Source: Halogeometricum borinquense DSM 11551
Lineage (GTDB): Archaea; Halobacteriota; Halobacteria; Halobacteriales; Haloferacaceae
Direction of reading: 5' to 3'
DNA: 32,000 nt
NCBI RefSeq assembly: GCF_000172995.2
Contig: NC_014729.1
Span: 900,001-932,000 of the forward strand
This document shows positions 24,267 to 32,000 of the stretch, one piece after another. Every line of letters begins with the position of its first letter. The first letter of the stretch is position 1. Position numbers and translations under genes: made by a program. The notes under the pieces were generated by a model, which saw only the letters and a list, made by a program, of their open reading frames with translations, ran no database searches and was not told the DNA's origin.

Positions 24267-24285
24267 GGGACACCAGGTGACACGA

Positions 24286-24690
24286 ATGCCCCCGGAAGCA
24301 GACGACAAATACAACGAGCAGGCGTGCAGCGTCATCGACTCCATCCAACAGATCGGTTCGCAGTGGCGACTTATCGTCCTGCACGACTTACAGGACGGTG
24401 AAAAGCGGTTCAACGAACTGAAACGCTCTACCGGATCGAGTTCGCGGACGCTCTCGCGCGTCCTCGACGACTTACAGGAACTCGGATTCGTCTCGCGGCG
24501 ACTCGAAGAGGATGCCCCCGTGGCGACGTACTACTCACTCACGCCGAAAGGCGAGTCGCTCGCACCCGTCTTCGATGAGATAAACTGCTGGGCCGACGAG
24601 TGGTTGACCGAGACGCCCGCGGGCGAGGATCCAGCAACAGTCGATGGCGAAAGCGAGCACGCCGAGACGGCGACCGCCGAAAGCGAGTAA
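24286..24690 (+). CDS. HxlR-family (DUF24) winged-helix transcriptional regulator
   Basis: CSVIDSIQQIGSQWRLIVLHDLQDGEKRFNELKRSTGSSSRTLSRVLDDLQELGFVSRR is typical of HxlR. An alternative ATG at 24247 lies inside the palindrome. Acidic C-terminal tail. Confidence 0.85.
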   Translation: MPPEADDKYNEQACSVIDSIQQIGSQWRLIVLHDLQDGEKRFNELKRSTGSSSRTLSRVLDDLQELGFVSRRLEEDAPVATYYSLTPKGESLAPVFDEINCWADEWLTETPAGEDPATVDGESEHAETATAESE

Positions 24691-24707
24691 CTCGTCGGAT
24701 CCGGGGG

Positions 24708-26546
24708 TCAGTCGCTCTGTTCGGCACCCGAATCCTCGCCACGGCGGGCGCGGAGACCTTGTCTCGTAAACTGTGGGTCACCGCGAACACGAACGCCGCG
24801 TTCGCCTCGGAACGCCCGATAGAGGAGGAACGCGAGCGGTGGGACGCCGAGGGCGACGACGCCAGCGGTGAGTTGGTTCTCTAACGCGTACAAGAGGGTT
24901 ACAGCGAGGAGGTTGCCGCTCAAGAGGATGCCCGAAACGATCTTTTTCCCGAACGCGGTGACGGCGTCGGAGTCTTCGAGGACGACGTTCACCCGCACGT
25001 CCTCGCGCTCGACCAACCCGAGCACCGAGTTCAGTTTCGGCGGTACTGATAGAACCGTTCGCGCTGTTTCCTGTACTTGAGCGGCCGCGTCTTCGGCGTA
25101 CTCGCGGACAAACCGTTCTTGGACCGAGGAACCGCCTGCCTCACCCTCGATACCGCGTTCGCGGACGTACTCCGTCACCTCGTCTACGAAGTCGAACTCG
25201 GGAACGAGTGTCCGGCAGACACCCTCTAATACCGTCGAAACGCGGACGACGAGAGCGAGGTCCTGCGGGAGTCTGAGTGGGAAATCGTACAGCGTTTCCT
25301 CAAACTGCGACACCAACTGTTGGATGCGGTATTGGTCTACGTCCTGCCCCCGAAGCGTCTCGATAGCGACGGTGAACGTCTCACGCATCAGTTCTCTGTT
25401 GGCCGTCGGGTCCAACGCCTCCATAGCGATGAACGCGTCTATCACCCGGTCGATGTCGTCGCGGGCGACACCGACGTAGAAATCGTACATGTGGTCACGC
25501 GTTGCGGGACCGATGCGACCGGTCATTCCGAAGTCGTAGAAAATGAGCGTGCCGTCGGACTGGACAGCCAAGTTTCCCGGGTGAGGGTCGGCGTGGAACG
25601 CGCCGTCTTCGAGTATCATCTGGATATACGCGCGTTCGAGGCGGCGAGCGAGTTCTTCACGGTCGATTCCAAGCCGTTCGATCTCCCGCACACGGTCGAT
25701 TTTGACCCCTTCGACGTACTCCATCGTGAGAACGTTCTTCGTCGAGTACGCCTCGCGTGGCACGGGAACGCGAATTTTCGGGTTGTCCGAGAAGTTCGAG
25801 CGAATCTCACGAAGCATCGCCGCCTCGTGGGCGTAATCCATCTCCTCGTGAATCGTGTCGGCGAACTCGTCGGCGAGATTCTCGAACGTGAACCGCTGGC
25901 CGGGATGGGCGAACCAGAGGAGAACAGGCATCAACGTCTCCACGACGCGCAGGTCCGCCGCTACGACGCGGCGGATGTCCGGTCTGAGTATCTTGACGGC
26001 GACCTCCTCGCCGTCGACAACCGCGGTGTACACCTGACCGAGACTCGCACCGCTGATTGGTTCGCGGTCGAAGTGGTCGAACACCTCCTCGACGGGACCC
26101 AGTTCCTCCTCGATGCGCGGGTGGACCGTCTCCCAGTCGTCCGGCGGCACCTTGTCTTGCAGTGAGGAGAGTACTTCGACGTACTCGCCCGGGAGCGCGT
26201 CAGGGTGCGTCGAGAGAATCTGCCCGAGTTTGATGAACGTCGGACCGAGTGAGATGAGACTGTCGCGGAGATACGTCGCTCGTTGCCGTCGCGTCGCGGA
26301 GTCGGGTCGGCGGCGACGCCCGAACAGGAGGAATCGCCGCCTGTCTCGCGCGATGCCGACAAACAGCGGGAGGAACGTGCGGATGACGACGAGAAGTCGC
26401 CACAGCGACCGAAGCGTAACACGCAGACCGGACGGCCGCTCCGCGTCTGGCTCGGGGACGTCAGCGGGAGCGGAACCATCGGTAGACCCGGTAGCGTCAG
26501 CGTGTTCGGCCGCCTCGGCGGACCTCTCGGAATCGGGTGCCGACAT
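24708..26546 (-). CDS. ABC1/UbiB-family atypical protein kinase (AarF domain) with C-terminal TM helices
   Basis: ABC1 motifs SGASLGQVY, VAVKILRP and FHADPHPGNL. ATG at 26544-26546. Confidence 0.9.
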   Translation of the reverse strand: MSAPDSERSAEAAEHADATGSTDGSAPADVPEPDAERPSGLRVTLRSLWRLLVVIRTFLPLFVGIARDRRRFLLFGRRRRPDSATRRQRATYLRDSLISLGPTFIKLGQILSTHPDALPGEYVEVLSSLQDKVPPDDWETVHPRIEEELGPVEEVFDHFDREPISGASLGQVYTAVVDGEEVAVKILRPDIRRVVAADLRVVETLMPVLLWFAHPGQRFTFENLADEFADTIHEEMDYAHEAAMLREIRSNFSDNPKIRVPVPREAYSTKNVLTMEYVEGVKIDRVREIERLGIDREELARRLERAYIQMILEDGAFHADPHPGNLAVQSDGTLIFYDFGMTGRIGPATRDHMYDFYVGVARDDIDRVIDAFIAMEALDPTANRELMRETFTVAIETLRGQDVDQYRIQQLVSQFEETLYDFPLRLPQDLALVVRVSTVLEGVCRTLVPEFDFVDEVTEYVRERGIEGEAGGSSVQERFVREYAEDAAAQVQETARTVLSVPPKLNSVLGLVEREDVRVNVVLEDSDAVTAFGKKIVSGILLSGNLLAVTLLYALENQLTAGVVALGVPPLAFLLYRAFRGERGVRVRGDPQFTRQGLRARRGEDSGAEQSD

Positions 26547-26713
26547 CTAGGGTGGGTTTCATTCGGGGGCGCGAAGGTAAAAAGGACCCCGCCACGGCGT
26601 GCGTCGAAACCCTCCGAGAAAGTGGAGACTAATGCTTTCCCCGGACCGAACAGAGTGTACATCTGAGTACACTGCTGAGCTACACACCAACAGTTACTGC
26701 AATTGACGATAAT

Positions 26714-27166
26714 ATGGTGAACAGTGTGTTGACAAATAACGGATCTCGAATACGGATCGTAGAACTGTGTCTCTCAGTCGCTTGTTTAGTGGTCTTCTCT
26801 TCGGTTTTCTTCGTTCCGCCAGCCGTGCAGACGGCACTCTCCGATACGCTACTTGGCAGTGTATTTGGTGTGCTGATTTGGGCTTCTCCAGCGTTACTCG
26901 GTGGAGTCACCCTCTATAGAGCTGTCTCTCACGGCCGCAGTTTGGGTTCCTATGTAACCGGCATCCTCAGCGTCATGATACTTCTACTCGTGATTCTAAA
27001 CGTTCGAGCAGTGATTACCACAGACGGTCTCTTCTCCTACGGTGGCAGAGGGATGTTCTTCGGTCCGCTGATCGCCCTCTGTATCGGTTCGGTCCTCGGA
27101 TTGGTCGTGCTGATCGAAGAGTTGCTTACGAACGACACCGACCAACAGCGGAAAAGAACTGCGTGA
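26714..27166 (+). CDS. Hypothetical 4-TM membrane protein with atypical (AT-richer, non-acidic) composition
   Basis: ATG at 26714. Hydrophobic helices with a basic C-terminal tail QQRKRTA. Many A/T-ending codons, unlike flanking genes. Confidence 0.55.
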   Translation: MVNSVLTNNGSRIRIVELCLSVACLVVFSSVFFVPPAVQTALSDTLLGSVFGVLIWASPALLGGVTLYRAVSHGRSLGSYVTGILSVMILLLVILNVRAVITTDGLFSYGGRGMFFGPLIALCIGSVLGLVVLIEELLTNDTDQQRKRTA

Positions 27167-27210
27167 CTACTGGGTAACGGTCATCCAGCCGCTCACCCCA
27201 CGAGAAACCC

Positions 27211-27220
27211 TATATTTTTT
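27211..27220 (+). promoter_or_regulatory. TATA-like box TATATTTTTT upstream of the MBL hydrolase gene
   Basis: Located about 30 nt upstream of the ATG at 27245. Confidence 0.4.
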
Positions 27221-27244
27221 GCGTCGTCCCATGTCGAAGATGGC

Positions 27245-28003
27245 ATGAGATTTACATTACTCGGGACTGGTGACGTACTTGGTGTCCCACCGCCGTTTCA
27301 GACACTGGCAGATGCTAATGCGGCAGCGCGTCGCCGTCGATGTGGCGCGCTCATTGAGACCGAGACGACAACACTCCTGCTCGATGTTCCACCGGAGTTC
27401 CGTGACGGGATTCGACAGGCTGACGTCGGTAGCGTAGACGCGGCGTTCGTGACCCACTGGCATCACGATCACGTCGGCGGCATCGATGACTTAGCTCTTA
27501 CCGCCCGGTTCCTCGATATTCCACTCTATTTGACGGCGACTGCGCAGGACCGGTTTGCCCAGGAGAAACCGTACCTAACCGATTCGGTCGCCATCCGCAA
27601 CCTCATGCACGGGGAACCGGTCACAGTGGGTGATATCGAAATCACTCCCATTCCGGTCGCTCATGATCGCCCGGAGTGTGATACGCTCGCGTTCCGACTT
27701 GAAACGGGCACGGAAACAATGGTATACGCGCCGGACTTCGAGAACTGGTGTCCCGATATGCCGGGCGGTAAGATGTATACCAACGCTGATCTCGCGGTTC
27801 TCGAAGCCACGCCAGCCATCGCCCCAGAGCTGTTGTCGTCAGACGTACCAACCCCGGACCCAGTGACAAAAGCGGCGGCATCACGAACGGTTCTGACCCA
27901 TCTCAACGAATACATGCTGGGGAAGAGTACGGCGACGTTGGAAGCAATGGCGGCTGAGGAGGGGTACGAGTTGGGCGAGGATTTTGCCAGTTACACGGCC
28001 TAA
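27245..28003 (+). CDS. MBL-fold metallo-hydrolase (PhnP/PqqB-like)
   Basis: Metal-binding motif THWHHDHVGG. N-terminus LLGTGDVLGVPPP. Later residues: AHDRPE and VLTHLN. Confidence 0.85.
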   Translation: MRFTLLGTGDVLGVPPPFQTLADANAAARRRRCGALIETETTTLLLDVPPEFRDGIRQADVGSVDAAFVTHWHHDHVGGIDDLALTARFLDIPLYLTATAQDRFAQEKPYLTDSVAIRNLMHGEPVTVGDIEITPIPVAHDRPECDTLAFRLETGTETMVYAPDFENWCPDMPGGKMYTNADLAVLEATPAIAPELLSSDVPTPDPVTKAAASRTVLTHLNEYMLGKSTATLEAMAAEEGYELGEDFASYTA

Positions 28004-28073
28004 GAAAGACTGCTGTGTGAACCACTACTGAACGGCCGCTTCTGGAAGGTGAACGGAAACCGCTCCCGGGGGA

Positions 28074-28718
28074 TCAGACGCCTTCGACCAGTCGCTCCAG
28101 ATGCTCCGGCGGCACCGCACCGCGCGCCCCGTATCCGTCGTAGGCGAACGTCGGCACGCCCGTCACGCCCTGTTGGTGAGCCTCGGTGAATTGCGCACGA
28201 ACCTCCTCGCGGAGGGCATCGTCGTCCAGCGCCGAGCGTATCTCGTCGCCCACAACGCCGGCGTCTTCGGCAAGTTTGACGAGCAGTTCTTCGTCACCGA
28301 TATCCGCGCCGTCCTGCCAGAGCGCGTCGAAGATGGCAACGTCGAAGTCGAGCCACGTCTCGTAGTCGTAGTGCTGTTTGACGTAGTAGGACGCCATCTG
28401 CGCGGGAAGCGAGTCGATGTCGGTATCGACGTCGAGGTCCATCTCCACGCCGTACTTCTCCTGTAGGCGACGGACGTTCTCTTTGGCCTGTTCGTAGTAC
28501 TCGTCGTCCTTACCGTCGTCCACCGAGTGGTCGATGGTGCCGTCGGGATTGCGCTTTTGACTCCGGAGGTCGAACGGATGCCAGTCGATTTCGAGTTCGT
28601 CTTCGCGGGTCGATTGATACCGTCGGAGCGATTCGCGCCCCAGATAGCAGAACGGACAGACGTAGTCGGAGTAGACTGTGATTTGCTCCGCGTATTCGGC
28701 GGACTCAGAGTCGCTCAT
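28074..28718 (-). CDS. DsbA-family (FrnE-like) thiol:disulfide oxidoreductase
   Basis: ATG at 28716-28718 (MSDSESAEYAEQITVYSDYVCPFCYLG). CPFC active site. C-terminal GVTGVPTF motif. Confidence 0.86.
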   Translation of the reverse strand: MSDSESAEYAEQITVYSDYVCPFCYLGRESLRRYQSTREDELEIDWHPFDLRSQKRNPDGTIDHSVDDGKDDEYYEQAKENVRRLQEKYGVEMDLDVDTDIDSLPAQMASYYVKQHYDYETWLDFDVAIFDALWQDGADIGDEELLVKLAEDAGVVGDEIRSALDDDALREEVRAQFTEAHQQGVTGVPTFAYDGYGARGAVPPEHLERLVEGV

Positions 28719-28822
28719 AGATTCGGTAGGAGACGACGACGGTAAAAGAACGCGTCCGGGGAGCGACTCGCCGGTAGCTCTACCGACGTAGCGATCACCG
28801 GAACGGGAAGACAACCTCCGTA

Positions 28823-29758
28823 TCAGATGCCGTACGTCACGCCCGTCAGATCTTCCGAGAGTTCCCACAAGCGGTGGGCATCGTCCTCGTCGTGCGACGC
28901 CTCGCTGGATGCTGCAGTCCCGGGGGAGCCGCGCATGCCGAACAGTCCCGTCGGACCGATGTACGACCCGCCGCGAACGTCATCAGCAGTGGCGGCGTAC
29001 AGCATCGGTAGCGCGCCCATCTCGGCGCTCTGTGCGAACACACGGTTTGCGAGTCCCATCCCCAGCTTTCGGACGAACGACCCCGCCATCTCCGGGCCGC
29101 GACGTTGCAGATTTGTCGCGGCGTATCCGGGATGACAGCCGACGCTGAGGACGCCTCCCTCGCCGACGCGTTCGAGTCGCCGCTGGAGTTCGTAGGCGAA
29201 CAGGAGATTCGCCAGTTTGCTCTGCGCGTACGCTGCCCACTTATCGTAGGAGTGTTCGGCCATCGGGTCCGAAAAGTCCATCTCGCCGTTCTGATGGATG
29301 CCACTAGACTGGGTGACGACGCGCGTTTCGGCCTCGGTTTCGCGGAGTCTATCGAGGAGGAGACCGGTGAGCGCGAAGTGGCCGAGATGGTTGACGCCGA
29401 ACTGCATCTCGAAGCCCTGTTCGGTTTCGCGGCGCGGAATCGCCATCACGCCTGCGTTGTTGGCGAGGACGTGCAGTTCGTCGAACGTGTCGTGGAACCA
29501 CTCGGAGAACCGACGGACTGAGTCGAGGTCCGCGAGGTCGAGTTTCGCCAACGTGAGGTCGGCATCGGCCACCGCGTCCTGCACCGCGTGGGCGGCCTCG
29601 CGGCCGCGTTCGGGACTCCGGACGGCCATCACGACGTGTGCGCCTTTCGCCGCCAACGCCTTCGTCGCCTCGTAGCCGAGGCCGCTGTTCGCGCCGGTCA
29701 CTACCACCGTCTTCCCCGAGCAGTCTGGAACGTCGTCGGCAGTCCACTGCGATGACAT
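28823..29758 (-). CDS. Short-chain dehydrogenase/reductase (SDR) family oxidoreductase
   Basis: ATG at 29756-29758 (the track start at 29776 is a GTG). Cofactor motif TGANSGLG and catalytic YAQSK. Confidence 0.9.
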   Translation of the reverse strand: MSSQWTADDVPDCSGKTVVVTGANSGLGYEATKALAAKGAHVVMAVRSPERGREAAHAVQDAVADADLTLAKLDLADLDSVRRFSEWFHDTFDELHVLANNAGVMAIPRRETEQGFEMQFGVNHLGHFALTGLLLDRLRETEAETRVVTQSSGIHQNGEMDFSDPMAEHSYDKWAAYAQSKLANLLFAYELQRRLERVGEGGVLSVGCHPGYAATNLQRRGPEMAGSFVRKLGMGLANRVFAQSAEMGALPMLYAATADDVRGGSYIGPTGLFGMRGSPGTAASSEASHDEDDAHRLWELSEDLTGVTYGI

Positions 29759-29834
29759 GAGACAACTATACGACACGACGGCAGGTAAGTTCGTGGCTCG
29801 TGGGGGCCACGCGACTCGCCGCGAGTCTCGAAGA

Positions 29835-30722
29835 CTACCGTTCGGCGACGCCGGTCTGCATCCCTTCGGTGTTGTACGCGCTGCCGACGCCTTCGTCGTC
29901 CGCGACGATGACGCCCGCCCCCGACCCGGTGAGTTCGGCGAACTCCTCGATAGCTAACTCGGCGGCCGACTGCGCGTCCTCGCCGCGTTCGAGGTGCCGA
30001 ACCGCACGCCGGGTGAGCGTCGTCTTGGCGATATCCTCGCCCGCACCCGTCGCAGAGGCGGCCCCCGCGGGAGCCGCGTAGAACCCGGAGCCGACTTGCG
30101 GCACGTCGCCGACGCGTCCGGCGAGTGCGAACCATCGCCCGCCGGTGGAGGTGGCGGCAGCGAAGTCCCGCCCGTCGAAGGCGACGGCACCGACGGTGTC
30201 GTGATCCGAGAGGTCCGCATCGTTCGAGGCGGTGGCACTCGACTGACCGAATTTGTCGTCTAACCACGCCAAGTGATCCTGAGACGTTCCTTCTGGCGGG
30301 GTCGCGTCGTTCCAGCGTTCGCGCGTCTCGGGCGTGAACAGGTTCACGTCCGTCTCGATACCGAAATCGGCCGCGACATCCACGGCAGGGTCGCCCGCGA
30401 CGAAGATATGCGGCGTCTCTTCCATGACGACGCGGGCAACGGAGACAGCGTGTTCGACACCGTCCATGCCCGCCACCGCGCCCGTCTCGCGGTCGCTCGT
30501 CATCACGCCGGCGTCCGTTCGGACCCGGCCATCGGATTGGACTGCACCGCCGACGCCAGCGTTGAACGCGGGGTCCGACTCCATGACCCGGATAGCTGCC
30601 TCGACGGCGTCGATTGGCGTTTCACGGGCGGCACCCGTTTCAGCCGCTTCGTCAACTGTCTGTTGTCTCGGATCCGGTTCGTCTGGGACGCCACCTGCGC
30701 CCCCGTGAACGATAACTCGCAT
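29835..30722 (-). CDS. Isoaspartyl peptidase / plant-type L-asparaginase (Ntn hydrolase)
   Basis: ATG at 30720-30722 ([11 protein letters not shown]...). Autoprocessing site [14 protein letters not shown] is present. Confidence 0.9.
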   Translation of the reverse strand: MRVIVHGGAGGVPDEPDPRQQTVDEAAETGAARETPIDAVEAAIRVMESDPAFNAGVGGAVQSDGRVRTDAGVMTSDRETGAVAGMDGVEHAVSVARVVMEETPHIFVAGDPAVDVAADFGIETDVNLFTPETRERWNDATPPEGTSQDHLAWLDDKFGQSSATASNDADLSDHDTVGAVAFDGRDFAAATSTGGRWFALAGRVGDVPQVGSGFYAAPAGAASATGAGEDIAKTTLTRRAVRHLERGEDAQSAAELAIEEFAELTGSGAGVIVADDEGVGSAYNTEGMQTGVAER

Positions 30723-30882
30723 GGCACCGGCGACGATAGGGGAGGTCAAAACAGCAACGACTCCGGTTCTCGGCGTGGCGGTCGAGTCACGATTGCCGTA
30801 CAACAGGGATGAAGCGGCGACGCTCGCCGGAAGCGAGAGAACGGCAATACTTTACCGTCGGTCAGGAAACAGGGGATTGTTC

Positions 30883-32000
30883 ATGAGCTACGACCAGATC
30901 GAAGTTCCCGAGAACGGGGAGAAGATCACGCTCGCCGACGAGGAGACGGGTGAGCTGTCGGTTCCCGACAACCCGATTATTCCGATTATTCACGGCGACG
31001 GTATCGGCACGGACGTCGGTCCGGCCGCACAGAAGGTACTTGACGCCGCCGCAGAGGCGACCGGTCGCTCCATCGAGTGGCTCCGCGTATACGCAGGCGA
31101 GTCCGCCCGCAAGAAGTACGACGAGAACCTGCCCGAGGACACGGTGCAGGCGATCAAAGACCACCGCGTTGCGATCAAAGGCCCGCTCACGACGCCTGTT
31201 GGTGCTGGTTTCCGCTCGCTCAACGTCGCGCTCCGCAAAAAGCTCGACCTCTACGCGAACGTCCGCCCGACGTACCACCTCGACGGCGTCCCGTCGCCCG
31301 TCAAGAACCCCTCGGCGATGGACATGGTCACGTTCCGTGAGAACACCGAGGACGTGTACGCCGGCATCGAGTGGGAAGCCGGTACCGACGAAGTCCAGCA
31401 GGTCAAGGAGTTCGTCGAAGAGGAGATGGGCCACGACGACGTCATCCACGACGGCCCCGTCGGCATCGGAATTAAGCCTATCACCGAGTTCGGAACGAAG
31501 CGTCTCGTCCGCGAGGCCATCGAGTACGCCATCGAGAACGACCGCGACTCCGTCACCCTCGTCCACAAGGGTAACATCATGAAGTTCACCGAGGGTGCCT
31601 TCCGTGACTGGGGCTACGAACTCGCCGCAGAGGAGTTCGGCGACGTCACCATCACCGAGGACGAACTCTGGGAAGAGTACGACGGCGAGAAGCCAGAGGA
31701 CAAGATTGTCGTCAAGGACCGCATCGCGGACAACATGCTCCAGCAGCTTCTCACCCGCACCGCCGACTACGACGTCATCGCCACGATGAACCTGAACGGC
31801 GACTACATGTCTGACGCCGCAGGTGCTCAGATCGGTGGTCTCGGCATCGCACCCGGTGCGAACTTCGGTGAAGGTCTCTGTCTCGCAGAACCGGTCCACG
31901 GCTCTGCACCCAAATACGCCGGCGAAGACAAGGTCAACCCGACCGCGATGATTCTCTCCGGCCGTCTCATGTTCGAGTACATGGGCTGGAAAGACGCTGG
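30883..32000 (+). CDS. icd: Isocitrate dehydrogenase (NADP), N-terminal about 372 aa (3' end outside window)
   Basis: This gene is not in the ORF track because no stop occurs before the window end. My own translation from the ATG at 30883 gives [56 protein letters not shown]...[33 protein letters not shown]...[19 protein letters not shown]. Confidence 0.95.
   Translation, partial: MSYDQIEVPENGEKITLADEETGELSVPDNPIIPIIHGDGIGTDVGPAAQKVLDAAAEATGRSIEWLRVYAGESARKKYDENLPEDTVQAIKDHRVAIKGPLTTPVGAGFRSLNVALRKKLDLYANVRPTYHLDGVPSPVKNPSAMDMVTFRENTEDVYAGIEWEAGTDEVQQVKEFVEEEMGHDDVIHDGPVGIGIKPITEFGTKRLVREAIEYAIENDRDSVTLVHKGNIMKFTEGAFRDWGYELAAEEFGDVTITEDELWEEYDGEKPEDKIVVKDRIADNMLQQLLTRTADYDVIATMNLNGDYMSDAAGAQIGGLGIAPGANFGEGLCLAEPVHGSAPKYAGEDKVNPTAMILSGRLMFEYMGWKDA

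Noticed and set aside
25320-26165. 281-aa plus-strand ORF
   Set aside because: It lies antisense to the ABC1/UbiB kinase gene. It is a mirror-frame artefact.
29813-29827. 15-nt palindrome GACTCGC-C-GCGAGTC between the asparaginase stop and the SDR start
   Set aside because: With a one-base centre it cannot form an RNA hairpin. It is a short GC-rich palindrome of the kind expected by chance in this composition, and I have no supporting context.
30862-31899. 345-aa minus-strand ORF listed in the track
   Set aside because: It lies antisense to a clear isocitrate dehydrogenase reading frame starting at ATG 30883. Its sequence (V/D/L/G-rich, no recognisable motif) is the typical mirror-frame artefact of a GC3-rich gene.

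Overview
High-GC haloarchaeal chromosomal segment (class Halobacteria, Haloferacales-like). Predicted proteins are strongly acidic, and many AT-rich TATA-like boxes sit 25-35 nt upstream of start codons, which implies leaderless mRNAs. I call 36 protein genes. Most are ordinary housekeeping or transport functions: partial aldehyde dehydrogenase, a SAMP1-like ubiquitin-like modifier, two tandem TrkA-C membrane proteins, a TVGYGD K+ channel, an HPP+USP protein, udp, a PfkB kinase, a DUF63-like protein, deoC, a MiaB-like methylthiotransferase, a GNAT, Sec11 signal peptidase, a CDF transporter, a HIT protein, map, an ApaH-like phosphoesterase, a carboxylesterase plus VOC dioxygenase plus HxlR module, an ABC1/UbiB kinase, an MBL hydrolase, a DsbA-like protein, an SDR, an isoaspartyl peptidase/asparaginase, and partial icd. 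From memory only (not a search), the gene order resembles the Haloferax volcanii region running from samp1 to icd. The supplied ORF track prints GTG/TTG starts as M, so many track ORFs are 5'-over-extended. I re-derived starts by reading codons. The track also misses icd (30883 to the window end, no stop in window) and lists a 345-aa antisense artefact there instead. I found no rRNA, tRNA, CRISPR array, transposase or integrase. The items most worth follow-up are listed here. (1) The SAMP1-like gene reads through its diglycine into a 13-residue tail. (2) About 270-370 nt of GC-rich non-coding sequence (7636-8007) shows extensive hand-foldable structure that I could not assign to SRP or RNase P RNA. 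(3) At 18.6-22.5 kb there is an uncharacterised locus. It has a tightly coupled operon (wHTH regulator plus two small paralogous membrane proteins), flanked by two paralogous sensor-like polytopic membrane proteins and a Tat lipoprotein. The lipoprotein's beta-helix-like domain contains near-identical 54-nt tandem repeats. This is a candidate envelope-sensing module. (4) Two AT-richer islets may be acquired DNA.
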